From: the human T2T-CHM13v2.0 reference genome, Homo sapiens
Assembly: GCF_009914755.1 (NCBI RefSeq)
Contig: NC_060926.1
DNA: 64,000 bases
Reading direction: 5' to 3' (one strand)
A program made the translations under genes and the position numbers. The number at the start of each line of letters is the position of its first letter. Positions within the stretch are counted from its first letter, which is position 1. The notes beneath the pieces are model-generated. The model searched no databases. It was not told where the DNA came from and saw nothing but the letters and a program-made list of their open reading frames with translations. Shown piece after piece: positions 32,186 to 44,541 of the stretch.

Positions 32186-33410
32186 GTGGGTATGGCCCCG
32201 TGCCCTTTGCGTTGGCTTTCCCGCGGGGCCCTGCAGAGGAAAGCGAAGGGCGCGCGGGTCCGTGTGCTCCGGGCTTGTCCCCGGCTCGGCCTTTCCTTCC
32301 CTCCCTGCCTGTCTTTCCACCCTTCTCGTTCCCAAACCCCCATTCATCCCAGTTCACTTTTGGAAGTCCATTTCTGTTGCATTCGCGAAAAACCCATTCC
32401 AATTCTTGTTGGTTCCACTGGGAGGTGTTTAGTGGATCCTGGGTCCCTCAGCGATCTCTGTGCAACTTGCGGAGGGGAAACCAGTGGATGGGAAATACAG
32501 CGAGGGAGCAAGTTGCTACTTGCGTGGTGGAACCTTAATGTGAATGCGGGGAGGATGTAGTGATAATAGTGGTAATGGGCTGTTTCCTCAAATTTCGTAT
32601 CCGGCGCATTCAGTGCGGTTGGAATTAAGGTGGGGGAGGCACACTTCGGGGACCAAAGAATTAAGGTGCTGAAGACATACTTCATGCACGACCTTTGGTT
32701 CTGATTTCTCAAAGTGCTTGTCATTATAATGAACAATTAATATAATACCATCTTCTATATATTGATGATTGGAAGTCACTGAAAGCAGAAAGCTGGCTTT
32801 GTCAGGAAAATAAAAAGAAATTGGGAAGCTGCCAGCATCTGTATCCCTACATGGCAAAGTATGTTTGCTCATCTTAAAGTTAAAAGAGAAGGGAATTGTC
32901 CATTTTGTTAAAAGAGTCGATTAATATTCGGTATCCATAAATTCAGTACTCAAGTTATCTTAGGAGCGTTCTTAGCTCTTGGATGGGATGCCACTAGGCA
33001 GAGTAGAGTTGTGCTTCTGTGGACTCAGAGAAGGGGTGGAGATCGGGGGCAGGACCCCTGAACATGTTCATTTAATGACTCTTCTTCCCTCAAGTTCATT
33101 CTACCCCCCCCCAACACTTAGAAGTATAGATTTGAGTCTGACTAGAAATGTATATATAAGACATAAATCAAAATAAATAGTGCACAGTTGTATAAGCCTT
33201 ATTGGCTATTTATTAACTTCTCCAGGCCATTTTATTGTTGAAATAACTTGCTTTACTCTAGCTCTACTTCTTAACTGCTTATAAATAGAAAACTTTGTGT
33301 TTGAAATTAAAGGAAAAATGCATTTTAGTGCTTATGTATTTATGGGGTAAATATGTGTGTGTTTGTGTATGTTTGTATTTTCTGCTCCCCCACCCCCCTA
33401 CCTCCACCAG

Positions 33411-33628
33411 CTCCGCATTGGAATGAAACTGCAGAAAAAAATTTGGGAGTCCTGGCAGATGAAGACAATACATTGCAACAGAATAGCAGCAGTAATATCA
33501 GTTACAGCAATGCAATGCAGAAAGAAATCACACTGCCTTCAAGACTCATATATTACATCAACCAAGACTCGGAAAGCCCTTATCACGTTCTTGACACAAA
33601 GGCAAGACACCAGCAAAAACATAATAAG
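33411..33628 (+). CDS. ADAM23: ADAM23 exon 2 (prodomain start)
   Basis: Acceptor ...CCACCAG|CT and donor AAG|GTAGGC. The 218 nt continue exon 1 in frame (total 432 nt): APHWNETAEKNLGVLADEDNTLQQNSSSNISYSNAMQKEITLPSRLIYYINQDSESPYHVLDTKARHQQKHNK. Confidence 0.95.
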
Positions 33629-36521
33629 GTAGGCAGGAGGCTGGCTATGCAAAAGTAACTATCATGAAGAGTTTTCCTTTGATTTGATTTTCTGCCAGAA
33701 TCTGAGTTCACAAATTTTACTGCAGCATTTTATTAAGAAAGCAATTAATATTATGATAGGGGAGAAACTGGAAGGAATTAACTTGGGATCTACTGGGATA
33801 AGACTGTTGTTTCTCTTCTCTGACTAAACTGGAACTAGAATTTTCTGATACCTGAAATGATATCCATGTATCTTTCAGGTACATTGGGCACTGAACAGTA
33901 GTTAAGTGAATGTGTTTATGATTCTAACTTGTTTCTGTGAGGCTTTATGTAAGGGTGCAGTATTCTGCCTTGATATAAAACTGTCTCCCATGATATAAAA
34001 ACTGCTTTCAATCTGCACATGCAAGATTGCTTCAAGAAGCTATTTGGCTGCAGTGTCTCCATCAGTCTTTCCACTTAGAAATTGAGTGTTTAAACAGTCT
34101 GTTTCTTTAATTGATCAGTAGGAGGAAAAAAAAATTTTCTGTTGTATTTTCAATAGGTAAACAATTTGACATTTAAAAAGATTATGGTGACTAGACACAA
34201 ATTATTTGCATAATATGAAGACCAATTTTGATTGGCATAATTCTTCAGTACCTACTCTGCATTGATTATGAGCAGTTGCTTTACTTTCAGGTTAGTTCAG
34301 AAAGTGGAACTGATATTTACCAAGGTATCAGTAGAAGACAAATGTTTAATATCCAAAGAGTTTAAGGGATCTTTTTCCCTGTGTTACTATTCTTTACTTG
34401 AATTAATATTATTTTGAACCCCGAGCAGATTTAAACAATGGATTATCGGTTCTTCTGTTGTTTATCGGGAGCAGAAAATAGAGTCTGTATGTTAAATGTT
34501 TCATTTTGATCTGTACTTGTTCAGGTGAGAACAACAGTTAGCAATTAACTGTCTAAACATCTAGAATTTAAGAAAGTATCTGCAGTTTACATCATTGTTT
34601 TTTATTAGTTTTCTAAAATATAGGTGAGTGGTAACAGTATTTATCCCCATTTTACAAATGGGGAGCTAGAAATTTAAGGCTTTTGGGTGATTTTCCTATG
34701 TTGTAAAGCAGCTAATATAAAATTCAGGTGACCTGAATGTTTAATTTTTACTATTTTTTACAAGTTAGGTCTCTGAGAAAGTGCTTTCTTCACCTTGAAT
34801 ATTACTGGAGAGGTGAACTTTCTTTCACATTATTTTGAAGTGGCTGCTACCCACCGTGAGATAAATGTGTCTCTGTTCTCAGCCAGCCCTTTTCTCCATA
34901 AGCTCCTATATAACTTAATGGGGTGACTAATAGGTCATGTCTAACTCATTTGTCTTATTGATAGGAGAAATGGGTGTTGTCTTTAAAGAAGAGAAATCCA
35001 AGGCCCTTTTGATAAAATGCATTGAGGCTTTTATAGCTTTCCTTATGAATGAGACCTTTTAGAGTTAAGTGGTTAGTTCTCAAACTCCAGCACCTTTGCT
35101 TAGGATGCTGGAGGAAGGAAAAACAGCTGCCTCAAAGCCTGTTTCAAAGAATGCTCAAGCCCTCCTCAGCAGAGACTTGAAATTTCAGTGGCACTTTTTA
35201 ATAACTCAGATGTTTGAGGCTATGACTAATGCTTGCCTTATAGTTTAACCTTATGTGGCTGTTTTCTTTGGTGGGACGTGGTTTGACTGTAATATACCTG
35301 ACTTCCGTGATAATAAGGTTTGTTAAACCTGTACCCACCGCTTACCTAGAGGAATAGTTGGGTTTCTTTTATACTGTACTTTGAAAAGAATGTTTCTACA
35401 GAAATCGTATTTGAAAGCATTTTTCTTATTAGTTTAACTCTATAAACATTTGTTGCACCTTTCTCATATGCAAGCGGTATGCTAAGTATTCAAAGATAAG
35501 AGATAAAGGTTAAAAGGATGAAAAGACATGATCTATCCTCCAGGAGGCAGGAAAATGAGATAAGCAAGATTCTAAAAGTGCTCCCGTACAGGTATAGACA
35601 GTGTTGTTGTTTGGTGGGTGCCTTGAAATTACCCTTTGTGTTCTGTGACCTCCCTTTTACTTCTGTTTTTAAGCATCTCTTGAAGTAGTTGATAAAAAGT
35701 GTTCCATCTGCTTTCTGCTGTATCTTAGGATGACTTGCTTAATAACAGTGATGAGAGACACTTGCCAGTTCTGCTGCTTTAGAAATGTTTCAGTAAGAAA
35801 GTATAGAATTTCATTTCTGCTTTTATGTAAAGAAGTTTTTAATATCTGTGTTATGTACCTTTTTTTCCCTCTCCTGATTTCATTGCACTGAAGCACATTT
35901 TAATGAAAGCCTTAGAAATGCTGAATCACTGTGCCTTTCTCATGGATCCCTAGACTGGGGGTAGAGGTGGAAATGGAAATTCCCAAATATAGGTTGCAAG
36001 GCCAAGCTCCACATTTATGTCTGAAGAAATTTCGTAAATGTTCAATGTTGATCAATCTTTATTACTTTATAGCTGTGAAAGTTAACATGTTTATTAACTC
36101 TTCCAGAATTGGTGAGTGTAAAAGCAGATTGTGCAAACCACCTCTTTGCATCCTAATGTTTCTGAATGCCTTAATGTTTCTTTGTCAAACAATGTTGAAA
36201 AATCTTTTTTATCTGCATAGAGTGATGTATAACCAGTTGTCCAAACTGTGCCATTTTTTAAAGTAGAAGTGGGCACTCCTAATAATTATGCCAGGTTAGT
36301 AGGCATAAACCAAGGTAGTCTAGAGCAGGCAGGGAGTTTTGACACCTTGGATCCAAATGCTGTATTCCTTGATTTTTGGTGCTTACTCAAATTCAAGATT
36401 CTTTAAAGACAATTTTATTTTCTGATGATTTATTATAAATTCTTTCTTGCTAGCTAGGAAGTCAGATTCCTGCCGTGTAGCAGTATTAGGGTCTGAAATG
36501 GAAAAATTTAATTTTGCTTTG

Positions 36522-37340
36522 TGTGATATTGTGAAATGTATTTGGTAATTATCCTGTTTCCTGGTACACAGCTTCGAAGACCCTTGGAATCTCCAGAGTG
36601 ATGAGTGTCTTTCATATGCCAATGAGATGATGGGTGGCTGGGGGTCCCTAAATAGCTTCAGGATGGGAGCTGGTCACCAGAAAGACCAGCACATTATTAG
36701 AGGTTTGGGATTTGCACCCCACAACCCCAAAGAGAGAGGCAGAAGGTTGAGTTGATCACCAATAGCCAGTGATTTAATCAGTCATGCCTATGTAAGGAAG
36801 CATCCATAAACACCCAAAAGACTGGGTTCTGGAAACTTTTGGATAGCTGAACATGTGGAACTTCCTGGAGGGTGGAGTTCCTGGGGAGGGCATTGAAGAT
36901 CCTCGCCCTATGTGTCTCTTCCATCTGGCTCTTCATCTGTATTCTTTGTAATATCTGTTATGTAAATGGTAAGTGTAAGTAAAGTATTTCCTGAGTTCTG
37001 TGAACCGCTCTAGCAAATTAATTTAAGGGAATTGTGGCTACCCTAGTTTATAGCTGATCTGTCAGGAGCACAGGCCTCCATCTGGGGCTTGAGATTGGCA
37101 TCTGAAGTGGGCATTTGTAGGCTTGTGGGACTAGGCCTTCAACCAGTGGATCTGACGCTGTCTCCAGGCTAAGAGTGTCAGAATTGAATTGGAGGACATC
37201 GAGGTGGTATGTGATGGAGAATCTGCAGAATTACTTGGTGTGTGGGGAAAACCCTCCCATACGTCAGATGTCAGAAGTGTTGGGTTAAGTGTTGTGTGAG
37301 ACTAGAGAAGGAAAAAACATTGCTTTTTTCTTATATCTCT
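36522..37340 (+). mobile_element. MER21-family LTR
   Basis: TGTGATATTGTGAAATGTATTTGGT...ACCCTTGGAATCTCC...GATCACCAATAGCCAGTGATTTAATCAGTCATGCCTATGTAA resembles MER21. Confidence 0.75.
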
Positions 37341-37590
37341 TACTTTGTTATCAAGATCGATCGTTTTCACTTGTGGAGACTTTTATGGGCGTAAATGGAA
37401 TTGTATGATTACTAAATATAAGCATTTTATTAACCATTAATGCAATATATTAATAAAATGGACCATACATTTTAAAAGCAGGAGAAACACTTTAGATTCA
37501 TTCATTCATTCTGAGATAATCCTATGTGGTCTGTTCCTAGGAGAGTTAAGGAAGCTTTTCCTGAAACTTTAGTCAAAAACTACTTGTCCT

Positions 37591-37893
37591 GCTGGGCGTG
37601 GTGGCTCATGCCTGTAATCCCAGCACTCTGGGAGGCTGAGGCGGTTGGATCACCTGAGGTCAGGAGTTTGAGACCAGCCTGGTCAATATGGTGAAACCCC
37701 ATCTCTACTAAAAAAATACAAAAATTAGCCGGGCGCAGTGGTGCGCACCTGTAATCCCAGCTACTCGGGAGACTGAGGCATGAGAATCGCTTGATCCCGG
37801 GAGGCGGAGGTTGCGGTGAGCGTCACTGCAGTCCACCCTGGGCCACAGAATGAGACTCTGTCTCAAAAAACAAACAAACAAAAAACCCCCCTA
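37591..37893 (+). mobile_element. Alu (AluS)
   Basis: TSD AAAAACTACTTGTCCT at 37575-37590 and 37894-37909. Confidence 0.95.
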
Positions 37894-38929
37894 AAAAACT
37901 ACTTGTCCTATATCATGCTCCCTTAGGATTCTCGTCTCTTCTGGTTGGGAAGGGATTGTGGAGATGCACGATGCATAGCACCGGACCTTGGGGAAAGCTG
38001 ACTTTAGTTGACCTGTGTGGCTCAGTCTTTTGCTTTCTCTACTACCTACCACCCCAGGTTGAAGAGAGAAGAGAGAGAAGTTTAAGTGAATTTAGATCTT
38101 GGTGATTATTTTTGTTTCCTTCTCTATTTTAGGATAGGACTGGTTCCACATTTCTTGACTTTCCAGAAACCAGTTGTTCCATTGTTGTTGGTATGGGACA
38201 ACAGAAAGAGGAACATAGGATGAAGACTCCCACCTGTCTCTGCCATGAGATGTTAGCACACGTTTTTACAATTCTGGAACATAAATTTTTATGACCTTTA
38301 TTATAAGGAATTAATTTTAAAAATCAATAGAAAGTTTTATACTGTGGAACATGGGGAAAAGATTTCCCTTCTGGAAGTTTCTTTAGCAAGCCTAGACTTT
38401 ATCTAAAGAGCTGCCTTTATCTAAACAGCCTTCCCAAGTTTTCCAGGTCTTCCTAAGCAGTCATTACAAAATTGTAATATATAGAATTCAGGCTTGTAAT
38501 GATTTTACTTGTAATGCTTGGCATGTAGTAGGCCTTCTGTGGAATGAATTGATGATTGAACACTTATATGTTAGAGTATAGGGGTTCCCATGGAATTCAT
38601 GTTATAATCAAACTAAAATTCAAAAGGACCCTCAAAATACTCAAGTATTTTTGGCACTGTGCTCCTCACTGCTACTGAGGAGAGATAATTTTGGTCTTGA
38701 GTTTTTAGCACTGCATAAGTCACACTAACTATATGCTTACACTACCTAAAGTAGCAAAAATGCCTGTATCAACAATTCTTAGATAATGTCTCTCACTGCT
38801 ACCCATCATTAATGTGATTGTGATAATCAAGAGCTGGTAGTTTTTGTTATTTTTATGGTGGAGCAAGATGTGTCTTTCTACTCAAATAGTTTCCAGTAAA
38901 TCAGATTTACACATAGTAGGTGTTCAGTT

Positions 38930-39340
38930 TTGTTTGATTCAGCAGACATTTATTGAGTACTTCTTTTGAATCAGGCGCTGTGCTAGACTCTGGGGAAAAC
39001 GAAGAAGACTAACACTTTGTCCCTACCTTTGCTCACTGGTGGAGTGTCAGAATCAAGGTAGCCGCTGATGTGTGGTTTATGTTAGTGCAGTTACTAGTGG
39101 AAGGAACAGAAGGCTGTAGGCATCCAAAGGAGAGAATAACCGTTGCCTAGGGAAGTCAAAGAAAACCTCATAGAGGAAGAAGCAATTGAGCTGGCCCTAA
39201 AGAGTAATTAGGAGTTAAGTTTGTGCAGAAGGTGGAGAAAGGAAGAGCCACAGAATCGGCAGAGGAGAGGCTCCAGGTGCAAAGGCCTGACTTGCTTGGG
39301 TAGTAGCAGGTTATTTGGGTGGTGAGTGCAAGAAGGGGAA
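38930..39340 (-). mobile_element. L2 fragment
   Basis: ATTCAGCAGACATTTATTGAGTACTT...GGCGCTGTGCTAG (reverse of the L2 3' end) followed by L2-like text. Confidence 0.6.
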
Positions 39341-39352
39341 ACTCAAGTGTAG

Positions 39353-39668
<316 letters not shown>

Positions 39669-40629
39669 TAAATATCCTACTTAGTTCCTCTAAGAACCCA
39701 GTGACATAGGCATTTATAGACATAGCAGTTGAGATTTATAGTTAGTATCTTCAGTAAGGACAAATAGCTAGTAAATGGCAGAGAGAGCCAGGATTTGAAT
39801 CCAGGTCTTCCCTTTGCAGAGCTCATGCTGAAGAGAGGTAGGGTGTATTGGGAGTGGCAGGAAGTGAAGGTGGAAGGTTGTGAAGACTGTGAAGACACAA
39901 GGGGGTCTGGATTTATTCTATATCAAACTGTAAGTCCTAGGAAGTCAAGAGATGAGCGCATATTGATTGAGCATAGATGAGTGCCAATTATGTGGCTCCC
40001 CAGCGAGCTTTACTTCTAGTAGGAAGAGACAGACCATAAACATGTCCAGAGCAGCAATGACAACCACATGAAGATTTTAGGTATTGACACGTGCTTGCAG
40101 AAGATAAAAAGGCATAATATGGTAGAGAGTGGTGGGTGTGATGATTTCTCTTGAAGAATCAGAAGATTGGGCTTACGGCCCTGGATGGGAGTAATTCACC
40201 TAGGGAGTAACCCACCTACAGGTAAGATGTGGCTCCTCTTTAGATAGGATGACACATGCTGTTTACTGCAGTGCCCTCATTCTTTGTTGCTAACACTAAC
40301 CCTTCTGCATTTCTGGTCCCTTTGGGCATTTGAGTTTGGATCCTTGTCTTTGATTATTCTCTTCCATAAAGTCTAGACCATTTTTGGACATTTCATCCTG
40401 GTTTGGTCCAACTGCTAACTGTGCTTTCCAGCAGCCTACAGCTGAGCTGTGCTGTTGAAAGTCTTGCTTCAGCATGTGTCCCTAAATAATGCTTTCTGCT
40501 CACGGGTTGACTCATTCCTGCTAACTATGTAACTATTAGTGTCATTCTGTCTTCACTTATTCTCAGGCTTTGTTAGCAGGGTGGACCACTGTCCTTCTCT
40601 TTACAGTTGGTGAAAAAATAACCCAGGAG

Positions 40630-40769
40630 GCCAGGTGCAGTGGCTCACACCTGTCATCCAGGCATTTTGGGAGGCTGAGGTGGGAGGATCACTTAAGGCT
40701 AGGAGTTTGAGAGCAACTCAGGCAAGCTAGCCAGAACCTGTGTCTACAATAAGTTAAAAAAATTAAAAA
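40630..40769 (+). mobile_element. Free left Alu monomer (FLAM-like)
   Basis: Left-arm sequence only plus A-tail, flanked by GAAAAAATAACCCAGGAG at 40612-40629 and 40770-40787. Confidence 0.88.
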
Positions 40770-42200
40770 GAAAAAATAACCCAGGAGCATTTGCCCAATG
40801 GTGATGCCCTGTGTGAAGGTAAATCATGCAGGAAGAGAGCTCTCCTTCCTGCCTTCCTCATCTTTCTCAGCCATGCCCCTCAGTTTTCCCAGCTATCTAA
40901 GAGTGAACCTTGGGAGTCATCTTTGACTCCTCCCTCTCCTGCCTATAAATAGTCGCTGATTAAGTCTTGACGTGTCTCCCATGACTCCATCCCTCCCCTC
41001 TTCTCTGCATTGTGTTCTTGTCATCGCCTCTGGTCTCTCTCTCTGTCAATCCATCAGTCCCACTGCTGACAGATTAATCTTTATGGAACACTTATTTCAT
41101 CATGTGACTCCCTTTATCCACATTCAGCAAGCATAATTTCAGCTAGATGAATTTTCCTCTTGGAGCCAGGGAGAGGATGTAAAAGTCTCTTGAGAAGAAC
41201 TGCTGCTTTCCTTCTTACACCACACATTTGCTGTTCCCTTCTCCTTTCAGCACTTTTCCAGGCCTGTTTACCCAAAGGTCAGTCCATAGCAGGTTATAAT
41301 TTTGGATGATTCTATTCATTTCTGTCCAAACCCTGGGGCTAGTTATAGAAAACCCCTGTGACCAGTGGCAAGAACCGAATCTATCAGGAATGTGTTCTTA
41401 GACTTTCAAGTCCAAATTCTGTTAAATTCCTGCTTCAGAACTTCATGTCATCTCCATCTTTAAGATCTGAATAATTAATTGCTTGTAGAATATCAGTTTT
41501 CTAAATGAAAATATTTTATTCCTTTCAAGAATGTATACAATTATAAGGCTTTATTCATACAAAGTATTCAGTTCACAATTGATATGGGCACCCTTTAACC
41601 TTATGAAAGACTCATTCATTCATATAATTCATTCATTCAGAATCTACTGAGTGAATTTTCAATTTTACAAGGGAGTCTTTGTATTTAGAATTTGTATGAA
41701 TTCAGTATGATTTTAATTAAATTTAATGGTAGAAATGCTATTATAAAAAGGCTAGATCCAGTTATGTTTTACTCAGAATAATGAGAAATTAAAAACAATC
41801 ATGTTAATTCATGGCCAGTTTGAATAAAACTTTTGCTTTCTATAAGTGACATGAGAGGTTCATTCTCCATCACAGGGCACCCCAGCCTGGGACAGATGTG
41901 AACCTGTGAATTAGCACAATGTTTCAAATAAAGTTTTGTTATATGGGTGTCCTGTATGGCTAAAGAATATAGAGAGGCTAATTTCCTCATCTGGAACATT
42001 ACACATTGATAAATTCAAGCCATGTGTATTGTGAAAGATGTTTGTTACCAAGATCTACCTTAAGATCTAAGTGTTCTCTAAGCCTTTTATTTGGAAATGA
42101 AAAGGATGGAAATTCAAACAAGTCTTCTCTGCTGATAGGCACTAATTACAGAGTAGTTAAGTTCAAACAAACCAGTGAACCAAAGTGTAAATAGAACCTT

Positions 42201-44541
42201 TGTATTAGTCCATTCTCACACTGCTATAAAGAACTACCTGAGACTGGGTAATTTATGAAGAAAAGAGGTTTAATTAACACATAGTTCCACAGGTCGTACT
42301 GGAAGCATGGCTAGGAGGTCTCAGGAAACTTAAAGTCTTGGTGGAAGGTGAAGGGGAAGCAAGCAAGTCTTACCATGGCATAGCAGGAAAGAGAGAGAGA
42401 GAGAAGTGCCATACACTTTTAAACCATCAGCCCTCGTGAGAACTCACTGTCATGAGAACAGCATGGGGCAGTCTGTCCCCATGATCCAGTCACCTCCCAC
42501 CAGGTCCCTACCCCAACACTAAGGATTACAATTCAACATGAGATTTGGGTGGGGACACAGAACCAAACCATAACATTCCACCCTAGCCCATCCCAAATCT
42601 CCTGTTCTTCTCACATTTCAAAACCAATCATACCTTCCAACAGTTCCCCCAAAGTCTTAACTCATTCCAGTGTTAACTGAAAAGTTCAAGTCCAGAGTCT
42701 CATCTGAGACAAGGCAAGTCCCTTCTACCTGTGAGTCTGTAAAATAAAAAACAAGTTAGTTACTTCCAAGATACAGTGAGGGTAGAGGCAGTGGGTAAAT
42801 GCTCCCATTCCAAAAGGGATACATTGGCCAAAATAAAGGGGCTACAGGCTCCATGCAAGTCCGAAACCTAGCAGGACAGTCACTAAATCTTAAAGCTCTG
42901 AAATAATTGCCTTTCTCACATCAGGGCACACTGATGCAGGGGATGGGCTGCCACAGCCTTGGGCATCTCTGCCTTTATAGCTCTGCAGGGTACAGCCTCT
43001 GTGGCTGCTTTCATGGGCTGGCATTGAGTGCCCGTGGCCTTTCTAGGTGCATGGTGCAAGCTGTTGATGGATCTACCATTCTGAGGTCTAGAGGGCAGTA
43101 ACTCTCTTCTCACAGCTCCAATAGGCAGTGCCCCAGTGGGGACTGTGTATGGAAGCTCCAACCAAACATTTCCCCTCTGCACTGCCCTCATAGAGGTTCT
43201 CCATGGGGGCTCTGCCCCTGCAGCAGATTTCTGCCTGGATAGCCAGGTGTTTCGTACATCCTCTGAAATCTAGGCAGAAGTTCTCAAGCCTTGACTTTTA
43301 CCTTCTGCATACATGTGGGCCCAATACCACGTGGAAGCCACCAAGGCTTGAGGCTTGGACCCACTGAAATAAGAGCTTGAGCTGTACCTTGGCTCTTTCT
43401 AGCCATGGCTAGAGCTGGAGTAGATGGATGCAGGGTACCATGTCCTGAGGCTGCACAGAGCAATGGGGCCCAGGTCTGGCCCAAGAAACCATTTTTCCCT
43501 TCTAGGCCTCTGGACCTATGATGGGAGGGGCTGCCATGAAGGTCTCTGAAATGCCTTGGAGGCATTTTCATTCACCTCCTCTTAGGCAAGCTTCTGCAGC
43601 AGGCTTGAATTTCTCCTGAGAAAATGGGTTTGTGTTTTCTGCCACATGGTCAGGCTGCAAATTTTCCAAACGTTTATGCTCTGCTTCTCTTTTAAATATA
43701 AGTTCCAGTTTCAGCCCATCTCTTCATTCACGCATATGGGCACATACTTTTAGAAGCAGCCAGGTCACATCTTGAATGCTTTGCTGCTTTGAAATTTCTT
43801 CCACAAGATACCCTAAATCATCTCTCAATTTCAGTGTTCCACAGATCTCTGGAGCAGGGCACAGTGCCTCCAGACTCTTTGCTAAAGCATAGCAAGAGTG
43901 ATCTTTACTCCAGTTCCCAATAAGTTCCTCATTTCCATTTCAGATCACCTCAGCCTGGACTTTGCTGTCCATATCACTATCAGCATTTTGGTTAAAATCA
44001 TTCGAGAGGTCTGTATGAAGTTCCAGACTTTCCCACATTTTCCTGTCTTCTTCTGAGCCCTCCAAACTGTTCCAACCTCCGCCTGTTACCCAGTTCCAAA
44101 GGCGCTTCCACATTTTCCGGTTTCTTTATAACAATGTTCCACTCCTGGTACCAATTTTCTGTATTAGTTCGTTCTCACACTGCTATAAAGAACTACCTGA
44201 GACTAGGTAATTTATGAAGAAAAGAAGTTTAATTGACTCACAGTTCCGTAAGCTATACAGGAAGTATGACTGGGAGGTCTTAGGAAACTTATCATGGCAG
44301 AAGGCAAAGGGGAAGCATGCACACCTTACCATGGTGGAGCAGGAGAGAGAGAGCAAGCAAGGGGGGAAGTGCCACACACTTAAACCATCAGCTCTCATGA
44401 GAACTCACTCACTCTCATGAGAACAGCATGAGGGAAATCCACCCCCGAGATCCAATCACCTCCCACCAGGACCCTCCTCTAAAACTGGGGATTACAATTC
44501 AACATGAGATTTGCGTAGGGACATAGAGCCAAATCATATCA
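42201..44541 (-). mobile_element. MST-family MaLR provirus (LTR ~42201-42575, internal, LTR ~44160-44541)
   Basis: Both LTRs start TGTATTAGT..TTCTCACACTGCTATAAAGAACTACCTGAGACT; MST/THE1-type internal region; 5-bp TSD ACCTT (42196-42200) / ACCCT (44542-44546). Confidence 0.92.

Larger units (their letters stand above)
30890..32330 (+). promoter_or_regulatory. ADAM23: ADAM23 CpG-island promoter and first exon
   Basis: Very high GC and CpG density against a CpG-poor background. GC boxes (CCCCGCCCCC ~31414, GGGGCGGGGC ~31524) and NRF1-like GCATGCGCA at 31431-31439. The exact TSS cannot be read from sequence. Confidence 0.9.

Noticed and set aside
31972-32538. 188-aa ORF as a single-exon gene
   Set aside because: Only the first 214 nt are ADAM23 exon 1; the rest is read-through past a GT donor into GC-rich intron 1.
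31347-32560. Many long overlapping Ala/Arg/Pro/Gly-rich ORFs on both strands (up to 253 aa)
   Set aside because: Expected from stop-codon scarcity in a CpG island and from the 25-bp repeat; no domain-like features.
32250-32674. REST/RE1 element (GTCCGTGTGCTCC ~32258; GGTGCTGAA ~32666)
   Set aside because: Only half-sites or gapped matches; no canonical 21-bp RE1 can be supported from sequence alone.
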